Shown one piece after another: positions 49,110 to 62,399 of a stretch of DNA of 64,000 nucleotides (positions are counted from its first letter, which is position 1; each line of letters starts with the position of its first letter). Made by a program: the position numbers and the translations under genes. The notes below the pieces were generated by a model. That model searched no databases, was not told the origin of the DNA, and saw only the letters and a program-made list of their open reading frames with translations. Source of the DNA: Podarcis filfolensis (lineage: Eukaryota); the NCBI GenBank assembly GCA_964270895.1, contig OZ185439.1. One strand, written 5' to 3'.

Positions 49110-49345
49110 TTATTAATAATAATAATATTCATTTTTTTAATACCCCGCCCATCTGGCTGGGTTTCCCCAGCCACTCTGGGCGGCTTACAGCATATATCAA
49201 AACATAATAAAACATCAACCATTAAAACTTCCCGATACAGAGCTGCCTTCAGATGTCTTCTAAAAATTATGTAGTTCTTTGTCTCCTTGACATCTGAAAG
49301 AAGGGAGTTCCACAGGGAGGGCGCCACTACCAAGAGGGCCCTCTG
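49110..49345 (-). mobile_element. L2-clade LINE 3' fragment
   Basis: ORF 49055..49333(-) reads VVAPSLWNSL...FRRHLKAALYR. Terminal ataccccgcccatctggctgggtttccccagccactctgggcggc and (AAT)n tail. Confidence 0.85.
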
Positions 49346-49914
49346 TACTGTTACATATGAAGGACTGTATGTCTTGTGCTCACTACATGGTATTGTATAA
49401 TCCTAGGCTCCTTGTTGATCTTTTAATAGGAAACATCTTGAATCAGTTCCCTAAACACAGTGGCTGGATGTCAAAATAATTGCATGCGATGGAAGAATAA
49501 TGGTGGTGGTGTTGAACATGCCGTCTTGGTTTGAGCCCTCTTTAGTACATGGGGCCACTGCATTTCCAAGTTTCTTTACTGAACACTGAAAAATTCAGGA
49601 GTACTCCAATGAGTATGTGATAGGTGTTGCCGATGTATAACCAGTCGTTGCATTTATGTCTGGGAATGAACTTTGTCTTAGGTCACTGTGGATGGTAACT
49701 ATAAGGAAGGCAATGGATTGACTTTTCCCACAATGTATGGGACAGATCATCTGGTTAATCCCTTTGCCTGTGCCTTATTGAACATACCATTCTATTGAGG
49801 TCAGAGTTTTGCCACGTAAAGTGAAATCTGTTGAATGTCAGGTGCGGCTGAAACAACAAGGTTGTTACCAGATGCCTGGGGGAACTGGGGTACTGTTGTT
49901 TGGGAATCTAATGA

Positions 49915-50130
<216 letters not shown>

Positions 50131-52354
50131 TGATTATCTAGGAGCCATAATTGCACTAAGGAAAGTTGACACCCTACCTTGGAGGATTAGTACCATAACA
50201 TTATTACATTGTAAGTTTTTTCTTACAGCATAGTCCTATGCATGCTGACTTGAAAAGGGCTCAGTGAATTCAATAAGACTATACTGAGTCCCAGTAAGTG
50301 TGCATAGGATTGCAGCCTTAGTTTGGCCATTAATGCACAGATCAACCTAGCATTGGGAATACTGTTCCTGAAATGCTACTCTTTGTTTTTAAACGATTCT
50401 TTTAAAACTCCAGAACATTTGCAGTTTCACAAACCAGGAAATTCACCAAGAGTTTGTCTTGCACCAATGCCATTAAAATCAACAGGAGTTGTGCAGGACA
50501 CTGCAGTTTGTAAGCCATTGGAGTCAATTGAAAAATATTTATTGTGCAAACGCCATTAATTCCAGCAGGGCTTGCACTGGAGTTTTAACAGACTATAATC
50601 ACTATAATATCCAAACTGCAGCTCTCAGCTTCATGTTAGAAACTATAATAGAAAGATACCAAAGTTTAATGAATTCACTGCAGGAGAAGCTGCAGTCAGA
50701 TGTGGGAAGGTTTCTGTCTTCCCCAGCTTGTTCCTATATGCAATGAGTTTATTGCACTTTACTACGTGTGCCTAAAATTTATATCTGGTGTGATTCATTA
50801 TGTCATTAATCATAGTCTTAGAATGCAGATTTTTCCACAAAATTAAATTAAGAGTTGGATCATTTGAAATGATGTGCCCTTCTGCTGGCATTCTTTGTAA
50901 ATTAACTCTCAAATATATTGAGTGTATAAATACCACTGAAATACTGAAGAAAACAGGATAGTAAATAATATGGCTGAAATCATAAGATGTTTACTTGGCT
51001 AGAATTTCTCCTGAAACTGTAATATGCACAACTGAAATAAAAATAGCAGAGTGTCCCTTACTGCCTTAAAGACTAACAAAATTGCTGCATTAATAATAGC
51101 AGCAGAAGTGTAGTTTCAAGTTGGGCTTTAAACTCTTCAGAGATGGAAAGGGGGGAAATAGTAGAATTTGAGCTGGATGGAATTGTTAAAAATCAAGCCC
51201 AATCTCAGAAGCAAGGCAAGACCAGTGAAAGATCATTCAGCATAATCTAGACCAAAGTGTGCCATAGAGAGAATCTGATGTTCAGCACAAATTACTCCAG
51301 GTAACTTAAGCAAGTGAGCCAGGCCACATGCTACAGGGAAATGCTGCTAAGGACCACCAATGTTAACTGTTTTGTTTTTTTTGTTTTTTTTAATGCCCTG
51401 AAAAGGGAAAGCCAGCACAATAGTCAGTAACAACACAAAGAAAGAGCCAGACTGTTTTGAAGCAACACAGCAGGTGCTCGTGTTTGCAGTTTTTCTGACT
51501 CTTCTCCTGATGGTTTGCTTTAACAAAGGGTAGTGCCAGGCTCACAGGGATCAGGATGTGCTTAAACACACTGGAACAGCTCAGGCTTAGCAAGGGAGGG
51601 GAACCGTGCTTGCTTAAACGGATGGCATTAGCCTGAGATGACTTTAGAGTTACGCAACATGCTGGCCATCAGGAAACCCTGTGCACTGGCCTGGTAAGAT
51701 TTCCCAGCTGCGATCAAAGGAGTCTGCAGCAGATTACATAAACCACTGTTCAACTGGGAAACTGCTTCGAAGAAATACCTAATAAACCAAATGAACAAGG
51801 GTACACCAACCTTTTTTTTTTTTTTAAAAAAACAACTTCTAATGCCTTTTCCACTTAAATAATCTGAACAGGGCTGAATGTTCCTGGGTCAGGAGACTAT
51901 GATCCACTAATGGAGAGAGCTGACAGTGCAGCGTCCCGTGTTAATTAAGCGCTATACTCGATCTCCCCTTGATTTTGTCCTGTTAATTACTCATCAGAAT
52001 CCTCACAGAGATGTTTTCGTTCTTGTTGCCACCACCAGCAAGCTGTTTCAGTGCCACCCGAGAACATAATTCATTTCAGATGTTAGTCAACAGAGGGAAA
52101 TGAGCCTGCAGAAAAATACTAGGGAAATCCTCTGTAAGGATGTAAGAAAAGGTTCATCTCGTCCAACATTGTGTTCTCACAGTGGCCAACCAGATGCCTA
52201 TGGGAATCCCACAAGCAGCTCTGGGGCGCAACAGCACTCTGCCCACTTGTGATTCCCACAGCTGGCACTCAGGGGCGTCATGCCTCTGACAGTGGAGGCA
52301 GAACATACCGTAGCTGTCAAGAAACAATAATTTGCTTGCTTTTTATCATGGCAG

Positions 52355-52526
52355 AAACTTGAAGAGGCTGACAGGAGAAGCCAGCACCAGCTTGATAACC
52401 TGGAAAGAGAGCAAAGATTCTTAAAGCGAAGATTGGAGCAGCTGCAGGGCTCTCAGGAGATCGAGCGAATACGAATGGACAGCACTGGATCAACCATTTC
52501 CTCAGATCGCTCTGATTCAGAGCGGG
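52355..52526 (+). CDS. MXI1: MXI1 exon 5 (172 nt), leucine zipper and Ser-rich region: [57 protein letters not shown]
   Basis: ttttatcatggcAG|AAACTTGAAG...GAGCGGG|GTCAGT. In frame with exon 4; overlaps ORF 52433..52684. Confidence 0.98.
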
Positions 52527-53177
52527 GTCAGTATTTCATCTGTGACTTTAGAGAAGGGTGCAGAATTTTTGAGGCTCCCTTTCCACGCATCTCCCCTCCT
52601 TCAGCCCATGAGCAGCTTGAATCTAATTCACCTGGCAAGGCAGCCTGCTTTCAGACATCTAAAACATTATTTCTTTTGTGGTAGTTTCTTAACAAGGCTC
52701 ACGGCTGGAGTCAGATGAGATGGGGTTCAAGATATCATTTTGACCCCATGCTGCTTTTAGTTTCCTGTTATGGTATTGGTTTTTGATTTTCACCACCCTG
52801 GCCCTTCACCTGGCCCTGTTCAACACAGAAACTAGTAGCACGAAGCACAATCCAGCGCAAAGATAATGGCTTTAAACCCCATTGATTTGCCATCTCCCAA
52901 TGTGCACTGGAGTGTTTCATGTGTTGGATCCTCCAGTGACTGTGAAGAAGTGGGTGGCCATACCCAAATGTATTTCAAATTTTCTTCTTTTAGTCATGAG
53001 GGACCACAAAACATATTTGGGGAAAGCTCTCAGATTCATTTGTGGCAGAAACATCTCTGGATGCAAATGGTACCAGTGTTGTTACTCTATTTAAAATGGA
53101 TTTGAAAAGCACAAACTGTGAATACGAGAATGACATCACTAAGGTGTGACTAGATGATTTGCACTTCTTATCCTACA

Positions 53178-53307
53178 NNNNNNNNNNNNNNNNNNNNNNN
53201 NNNNNNNNNNNNNNNNNNNNNNNNNNNNNNNNNNNNNNNNNNNNNNNNNNNNNNNNNNNNNNNNNNNNNNNNNNNNNNNNNNNNNNNNNNNNNNNNNNNN
53301 NNNNNNN
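53178..53307. other. Assembly gap (130 N) in MXI1 intron 5
   Basis: Run of N. Confidence 1.
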
Positions 53308-55023
53308 AGTGTGAACATCTAGTATAGTGTAAAGTGTGCAATAGCATAATGTCTAAAAAAGCCCTCCAATGTGCATATCTTAATTAATGTGACACAGAAG
53401 CACAACATGCATATGCTGTTGGAAAAATGACTCCTCCTTGACGCAGGGTTGCCACAAACCTTCAATTTATTAAAAACACAGTATCTGAGAAGTGCAATAA
53501 AGCAAAGCGCAAAAAACGAGGTATGCCTATAATTGGGAAGCAGCGTTAACCAGAATGATTGTCACATTAACACTGATAAACTCGAACCTAGTCTGCCTTG
53601 GCATAATATCAGTATATGTCAACATGAGGTTCTTAGATGAGATGAAGGGAATAGCAAAAATATTGTGCCCCAAGTCATTGTGTCTGTGCAGGATCAATTA
53701 GCAGCAGAGTCTCATCTCCCTTATAACACCCTTGCTAATTTGCTCTTGCTATGCTGGACTGAAATAAGGCTGTATGTATCTGGCATAGCTATTATTTTAA
53801 CCTGATTTCTACATAACCATTGAGAAATCTCAGAAGTGGAGATGTTTGATATGTTTCTCCAGGATGACTCCAGAATATTATTATATACTGTTTCCCCCTA
53901 GAAGTTTGTTTTATCTTCTGAGGATGGTGAGCCAGTGTGCTTGATGACCCAAAGTATTGTCCATATATTTTTAATGGCATGGGACATACATAATGTGCCA
54001 TGCAGTTTGATACACTATGTGGATTAGTGTCCTCTTTCATTAAAGCCTGTCTTTTATGGTTGCCTAGAGGAATTTGTAAATACAGGGACACACTTGCAGG
54101 TCAAGGCTCTTTGCTGATTCAGTCATTCGGAGAAGTTTCTAGTCTATATTTCTCCCTGAAGTGCTAGTTTTCCATATTCCATTTTTTTATTGTATGCACT
54201 AGAGCATTTCAACATGTGTTGCATTCTGAGATAGTACAGTTCCATGCTCTGCTGTGTGCTTTTTCTAAGTGTTTGCAACAACAGACTGTAAAAGAAGACT
54301 CTGTGCTAGGCATCCATTGGTCAAGATGGCTGAAGGTCTGCATGTCTTCCTGCTCCACAAATGACCCTTTCCTAGACCTCATTTGCCCTTGCAAATTTAA
54401 ATCTCTGAGAACTCAAAAATTTAGAATGAATCGTGCAAATTAAGTGAGAGGATGCCAATTTACTTGTATTACTAATTCAAAGCGTAGAATGTGATAGTGT
54501 GTGGGTATAATTTGCATGCAACGATTAATGTGCCTTCCCTGGTTTGCAACAAAGCTCCTTGTTGTTGATTTGAGAAGGGGTAATCTGTTTTCTAGAGCAG
54601 CAGGAGTTCAGATTTACGATATTGTATTGCTAACTATCTGCTTAATCCAAGGCTGTGCCACTAGATATGAATTTTCTCTCTTGAGCTAGCAGCTGAAAGT
54701 GATAATCTAATCAATAACTTTCTAATCAAAATGACTGAAAATGTACTAAGCAGTTAAATAGTTGTGTAGTAATAAGCTCCTTTCCGTGCCCAGGAGCGCT
54801 CACCAATAATTTAAAATGTTTAATCCAAAATCTGTTAAATTGGGAGTCCAAATCAGCTGGCACCAAATGGGCTGTAATAATAATTCTTTCAAAACACTGA
54901 TTAATATAACGACAGTTTCCTGACTTCTGTTCTTCCTTTTTCCTCAATGATACAACACTAGACATTTCCAGGCAAATCTCATGATGTGGCCAGGACCTTT
55001 TGCCATTCTTGATTGAACAGTGA

Positions 55024-55230
<207 letters not shown>

Positions 55231-57450
55231 AGCATGGTGCTAGGGCAGAGCAGATGATTTCTTTGGGGTAGTTGAAGTTCACACAGCAGAGCTCTTAGAT
55301 ACAGTATTTTTCTTCTCCAAACCGCACTTCAACAGCTAAGCTTGGACAGATGCAACTCTAGAATAGCTCTGTGGGTCCACAGGAGGGTGGGAACCTAACA
55401 GGGGAGTCAGTCAGTCTCCATACTGTCATAGTCCAAAATACTGACTTAGTGCTGAACCCATAGCTATTTTGACGTCTGAAGCAGGACTCCAGTTGTGCAC
55501 AGCTGGACTGAGATTTGCCCATGTATAAGTGGATAGCTTTGCTAAGAGATTATTTGATTTGGACAAGGGATCTTGGTTATTCTGGCCCCAATCCTTTTTC
55601 TCAGTTTGTCATACCTTCTGAGAAATGGAATTTTTTCCATCTTCCAAATTTAGCAAGCTTTGTTAAGAGCCCTTGTGGTGCTAAATATAAATAAAAACGT
55701 TAGTCCAATATCTCATGATGATGATCTAACGCTAGTCCCAGATTGTGGGACAAAAGTAGCCAAGGTGATACTAGTTTCTTGGACCAGCCTCTTCTGATGA
55801 GTTTGCACAATTTTATGAATTACAAAACTCCTTTTTTCATTCTCCTTAAAATCCCATCACTTGATTGAAGCTTCTTTCCCCCTTTAACCTGAACGCGAGA
55901 ACTATGGGAAGTTCTTGTGTACTCTCACCAGCAGTAGCTAGTCCAGTCAACACCTTCTGCCCACTAGGTTTCTCCAGTCAGCTCTGATCATTATTACCTA
56001 AGAGATAACAATAATAGTTAGAAGCTCTGCTCATGCCCTGTGAAAAGAGAGGTGCTGCAAATCTGGAAGCAATTCTCATTCAGCTCAACTTTTCAGCTGG
56101 ACATTGTTTCAAGGCAAGAGCTTGTGCCGCATTATTTAGCACTAGGGTGTTGAGCTGTAAAATACCAGCACACAGTGCAACTGCTCTCTGGATTCAATGG
56201 CTACAGCAGTAACTCCTTGTCTATAGAGTGATGCTTCTGACAGAGCGAGACAGACAGACAGACAAGCCTGTAAAAGATATGATGTTCAGGAAAGGCACAG
56301 CCTCCATTCTGAGCCGCAATTATCCTTTTTTTTTCCTTTTGCAGATTATTTTGATAAATGTTTGTAAAAGTTGTTCAGGTGAGAGAACCTACATGCAACA
56401 ATGTCTTTTTAGAACTCCTAGGCATGATTCTGCAGATGTCTTTTGTAACTAACACCAATGGAAAGGGACCCGTTTTTCTGCTGCCATGCACAAAAGGAAC
56501 AGGGAACTCTCCTCGGGTTTTATGGCTCTTCCTTTTGATTTCCTTTATGGATTCCCTTTGCAAACTTTGCCACCTGGATCCAACCATAGTTGTGGGCCCA
56601 CAGTTAACATGGCATGTGTCTCACAGTTCCTCAGGGGACGCCTCCCACTGTCCCTGAGCAGGAACTGTTGCAGTTGTCTTGCTGTTAACAAAATAAGATT
56701 GTATCCAATTTTTAAAAAATGATTTTCCTTTTGCGATAAGCTTTCTAACCTGCACTTTGAGGTCTTCTTTGCTTTCACTTTTAAGTTTTTAACTACAAGG
56801 ATTTTTATTATTGTTCCTTTACCAAGTTTAAACTTCTTTTTTTTAGAGACCTCATTTATGACACTTGTTTGAGACTTAAGTAATTTGCCTACCCCGTAAT
56901 TACTAAGGGAAAAAAAAGAGAAAAAGAGAAAAAAATGCTTTATAAAATTCATAACTTATTGCTGATTATAATTATTGGGTTGTTAATTTCAGTCCTGTAG
57001 ATTTTTAATTTTATTATTCTTTAGATAGGGCTGGGCGACAAAAAACAAAAAAAACAAAAAAAAAAACAAGGTAACCTCATTTAGCAGTGCAGTGGAATTG
57101 TGTTTAAATGTTAGCATATGGTTCTGCTTAATAGTAGCACTTTAACACCATTAAACATTTCTGTATCTGAAATGCACTGTGTTCTGCCATTTTGGTCACT
57201 CATGATAATATTTTAGAATTCCCATGTTCTTGTGCCTGGAAGTTTTTTAAAAAACCTATTGGCCATGTGATTAGATGACCCCAAATGACCTCTCATGTAG
57301 ATCTTGTCTTGATACTGATATGCTGCGTGTATGTTTGAACCCACATGTTATCCATTCACCCCAGAGCTATTACTGTGTCATATAATACAAGACACAACTT
57401 TAGAACCTGTGTCATGAAATAGAAGCATAATCCCACCAAGGTTATAGTGT
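55231..57450 (+). other. MXI1: MXI1 3' UTR (3' end approximate)
   Basis: Follows the stop codon with no obvious splice donor. It has U/AU-rich blocks and miRNA seed matches at 56300-57400. The true cleavage site cannot be fixed from sequence alone. Confidence 0.7.
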
Positions 57451-57867
57451 GTTTTATAGAGCTGGGGTTTTTTATTTTTTATTTTGTTTGGTAAAGCCTG
57501 GATCCAGTTGTTGTTCTACCTTAATCTCCCCTAGGTGACTCTATAAACATTCTGGTTTACTGCATGTGGTACTCTCTCCCTCTAGTGGCTGGAATAAGAA
57601 CCCATTAGTTGTAGTTAATGGGAGTAAAACGTTCAGCTGAACCAGTAGCAACAACTTTTATAGTACTGAGATCTGTTAATTGGCCTATAATCTGCATGTG
57701 TGAAGCTATAGCGTCCCAGCACAATTCTTTGGGGCTGTCGGAGTGACTGGCGAGAACTCAAAATGAGCCAAAATTGTAGCACTGAGTTGTGTGGGTAGCC
57801 TTGGTTTGTGATTTTGCAGACACAAAAATCTGTCCAACTGACATCCTTTGAGTCCATTTCTGATCAC

Positions 57868-57995
57868 AGGAGCTCATGTAGCAGAGTACATGCTTTGAAG
57901 GTAAAAGGAGTTGAGTTCAAACCCTGACATCTCTAGTTGGAAAAAAATTTTTAGAAGGACTAGAAAAAAGATGAACCTGGAAAGTTGCTGTCCAG
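57868..57995 (+). mobile_element. Degraded tRNA-derived SINE
   Basis: agctcatgtagcagag...gagttcaaaccctgacatctc resembles tRNA A/B boxes. A similar minus-strand remnant lies at ~59250-59315. Confidence 0.4.
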
Positions 57996-60900
57996 ATGTT
58001 GAATACTGATATGATTTAAGTGCTGTTATGTGTCAAGATCATGTAAAAAATAATTAGATCGGAAGGATGGACAAATCTCTTCATGCATTACTTTGTTGAA
58101 GGGGTAACATGACTCTTCCTGGACTCTCTTGAAGAATGTTTGGGGAGGAGGAATTTCCTAGCTCCATAGATTCCCAAGAATGATTTAGAATGTTGGGGAG
58201 TCTACACCGATAAAAAGGTTCTCTCCTTCAGAAGTTATTCCTCAACAAGGCACCAGGAAGAGCTGTGTGTGACCTTTGGGTTAGAGCTAGACACACAACC
58301 TCCCTTTGTATAATAAGTAACATATAAAAAAGATTCTACCTATACTAAATTCTGCACAAGCACAATATAAACCTAGAGGGTCTTTGAAGTGTTGCTCTAG
58401 AATCGCATAAAACAGTTTGTATGTTAAAGAGCCACTGCAACAAGGTACAACAGGCTGAATATGTATGTTATGTTAGCCATTCTATTAAAAAAAAATGAAA
58501 AGGGTATGTTTGTGTAACTTAAGAATCATAGTGATAGCCAGAAAGCAGCTCAAACTTCAATATAACATCTAGAAAAGGCTTTATTGCCCCATGTTCGTCA
58601 TTAAATTGAATTTATATCTTGAAATTTCCTCTTGTTCCTTACACTTGAGATACATTTATATGTAATCTTCTCCCCCGCCCCATGTCTAATTTGTAATGTG
58701 ACCCTATGCGTGTTTGCTCAGAAGTCACACTGTGTTCAGTGGTGTTTCACTTTCAGATAAACGTGCCTATATCTGTAGACTGAGACCCAAAAGTTAAATG
58801 TGACTTTAAATTTGGCATAAAGATTGCATCAGCTGCAGGAATGGGCCATTTCCAAAACTGGTAATCCCATATAGGTGCATCACCAGGCCTTGAATGGCTG
58901 GGAAATTCTATTCACCCAAAAGTTAATGAACATAAAAAGGCTAAACTGACTTCATTATCACCAAGACTGTTGACATTCATAACGCTTATTGAGAAATATA
59001 TCAGTCCAGGTTTGTCTTCATCTTGGTGAAAGCTCTTATTTCAGGTATTTGTCACTGTTAATGCTTGTGTGGGTAATGCCAAGAATGGATGTGTATCTTA
59101 CTATATCCAGAAAATGCACAAGAGTTATGTTTGTTTTCTGCCACCTAGGAAATGATGGACATAAGCAACCACTGGTGAGATTGCTAGTGTCAATGTTTAT
59201 TCTCTCTCTAGGATTAGGCATGGATATTTCCAAACCTTGCTATAGGAGAGCCATATTCCTGGAGATGCAGGGATTGAACTCTTTCCATGCAAATCATGTG
59301 CCCTATATCTGAGCTTTTTTGAATGTGATGAAAAATGGAAGCAGCAGCTGTAGATGCATGGCCACTTTTCCCTGAACAGTCTTGAGTGAATCAACTAGAC
59401 AGCACTGAACTTCAAACTCGTGCAATGTGATGGACTATATGACTTGGAGCACACTATGGCACTTCAGTTCAAAGACAGAAACATACTAGTGGAATGGGCT
59501 AATATGGGCAATAACAACTTACAGTTAATTAAAATGTGTGATTCTCAGAAACTTGAAACCCTCTTTTGTTGTGACTTCATCTTTTGCTCTTCAGACTTCA
59601 TGCACTGAGGAGCTGGAAACTGCAGTTCCAGTAGCACATGATTGGTCATGCAACACAAAAGTGGGAAAAGGGTTGTGAGTTAAAGGAGATTTAACCAATG
59701 TGAACCAATGATCTTAGCTTCCAGAGGCAGAGCACCAGGACCAGTTGAGGTACCATGGTCTGCATCAGATCAATGGCCTTAGAGAGAAACTGGCAAATGT
59801 TAGAGCCAACTGAAAGTAGCAGTTGTTACTGTCCACTCTTCACCTATAGCCTAATCCTTAGCCATTTTACAACGCTGTAACAACTGGCCTCCCTGGTGCA
59901 CAGTCTACACCTGCCATCATTAAATTACACCACTGCAAAGTTCTAAACAATAAGATAATTTAAAAAAAGAAGGAACACTAAAAACAGAATCGTCAACATC
60001 AAGAATTGTTCATTTTTCTCCTCTCTAGCCAAGTTGCAAAGAATTTTTTTAACTATACTAAACACTATCCACTATTTCTCTGTTCAGCTGGTCAAACCAG
60101 TGCAGGTAGAAGCCAGTGTCAGAACTATTTTTTAAAAATGCTAAAGATCCCTTTAAGAAAAACAGGAAATTTGGATGTAAATGCTACTAAAATAGCTATG
60201 AATATCTACGTCCTCATGCTTCAGATACCACTAGCATTTACGTAGTTTGCCCCCGCCCCTCTTGATTCCTTGTAGCACAATATGATCTTGGTTTTAGTAT
60301 ATTACTCTATTAACAACCACTGCATACAGAAGGAACCTGCTCCTATGACTATAACAGGACTAAAGCTCAGGGCCAACTCAGATGATCACTGTACACAAAA
60401 TAGCTGGGGGGGGGGGGAGAGAGAGAGAATGCACAAACGTTCTACACTGGACTAACCTTCAGCTCAATACTAGGCAGAGGATCCAGCATCAGGAGTTCAA
60501 GAAACAATGGTTACTGCAGCATGCCAAAAGCTGAATGCTGCATGTGGCTGTGGGTGTATAAGACAAGCTGCTCAGGAAAACGGCAGGATTTTCCAGTAGC
60601 TACTATTGTGAAACTTCTACGTGTGTGAATCAACCTTCAGCTCCTTTCCTATTTTCTGTACATTTAAGATGGATATTTAAGCAGTTACTTACCTGAAGTG
60701 GCTACCTTCCTCACCCACCCCCAAATGCAAGCTACAGTAGCATTGTACAGTTTCTCAAATACACAGCTATCCTTAATTTCTGTTACAAAAGCAACAGGGA
60801 CCAAGTCACACACAAAGAGTTCAACAGGCTGGTCATTTGATTACAGTGGGCTCAAGCATGCCAAACACTCTATTATACTGTGGCTAAAATCTCCAGTCAA

Positions 60901-62399
60901 GTAAGTGTAGCGGCATTACTGCTCCTAATGCTCTGCAAGATTAACTTGTCATATAGAAACAAAAAACAATGAAATCTACAACGCTATGTAGGATTTGAAG
61001 AGCTGAACAGTAAAATCAATTACTGAATCCAATGTGGAAGACACATATCAATTCAGACATTTGCTAGATAGAAAAATATCAGCAAGTCCTGCTAGAAATT
61101 TTACAGGAGCTAGGCAACTTAGCAGGCGCTCCAACACACAACACAATATTGCATGTCAGGAAGCTGAGTGTAAGTTATATACCCTTCCCTATAGGGACTT
61201 CAGCTGACCCCCTAAGGGAGGGACCAACCAGGTTGTGCAACATGATGTTCAAATTGGCAGTAACTAGAGGGCGTATTCAGGCAGGTGTTTCTTGCATAGC
61301 AGCTTATTGCTATTTGCAAACTGCCAGAACAGATTAATCCCTTTTTTGAATGAAGAACATGCCAAATGAAGACAAGCTAACCCTTTATATGCATAAAATG
61401 CCTTACCCATTATAAAAACATGATTCAAATTCAACCCAAATAAGTAATGATAGGGCTCCTCCACAGAGAAAATGTGCTTCTCTGGAGATATTTCTGATAG
61501 TGCTCTTGTTGGAATAGGCTGATGTCCCTATTCAGCACCTATTGACATGGTACATTAAATTGTTTTAAAATCACAACAGCTAAGAAAAAAGTGCATTTTT
61601 TCATCAATCACTGTTGTGCTACGTAGCTCTTGGATTTTAAAATGTCACAGTCTTGCAGTATATAAACAATCCTGCTACTGATCTTCAAGCCTAGCCATCG
61701 CAGAATGCAAAGGAAATTGTAATTCTAGCATGACATCTCACTTGCAAATCTCAAAATGTTTTACTAAACTTAGTCTTCTGCAGCTTTTAACTATTACTTT
61801 GCTATTTTAAAAGAAAAGAGTTACTGCAGTGTAATCTTGCATAGGATTTATGTTTGCAACTATTATATTCTAATGTAAAATGACAATACAGGTCTTTAAA
61901 CCCAGTAAGTACATTTTATCTTCAATCACATTAACCAGTGTCTGATGCACAAATTAGGTTTGTGCCATTATAATTTTTCCCAGCTGTTAAAAAAATACCA
62001 GCAAATCTGTTTCAGCCTCTACTGAATTATGGGTTTCCTTTGTAATTTGTGTATTAAAGGGGGGAAATGTACAGTGCTATGTTTCTATATAATGATACTG
62101 CACTGGTCTAGGAATGCAATTCCGTGTTTAAACAGATATGTATCCTCTTGGCAAATATTTTTATGTGCAAGTTTATTTTTAAGGTTTCTGTTATCACTAC
62201 TTTTGCTTCCTCTGAGGTTTCCTGAACTTTGGTGCAGTTACTTTAATGGTGCTGTAGCCAACTGCTACTTGAGGAACTGAATGATAAAAACCCCCAACCA
62301 ATCCATGATTGGTGCTTAATTTGACCAGCGCCAATCGTCAAAACAATACTGAAACAGCATTATCTATAATGATGCAGGGATGGTGCTGACAAAGATGTT

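Noticed and set aside
52527-52684. Read-through extension of exon 5 (ORF 52433..52684)
   Set aside because: The GT donor at 52527 and the exon length match MXI1 structure; the extension is non-homologous intron sequence.
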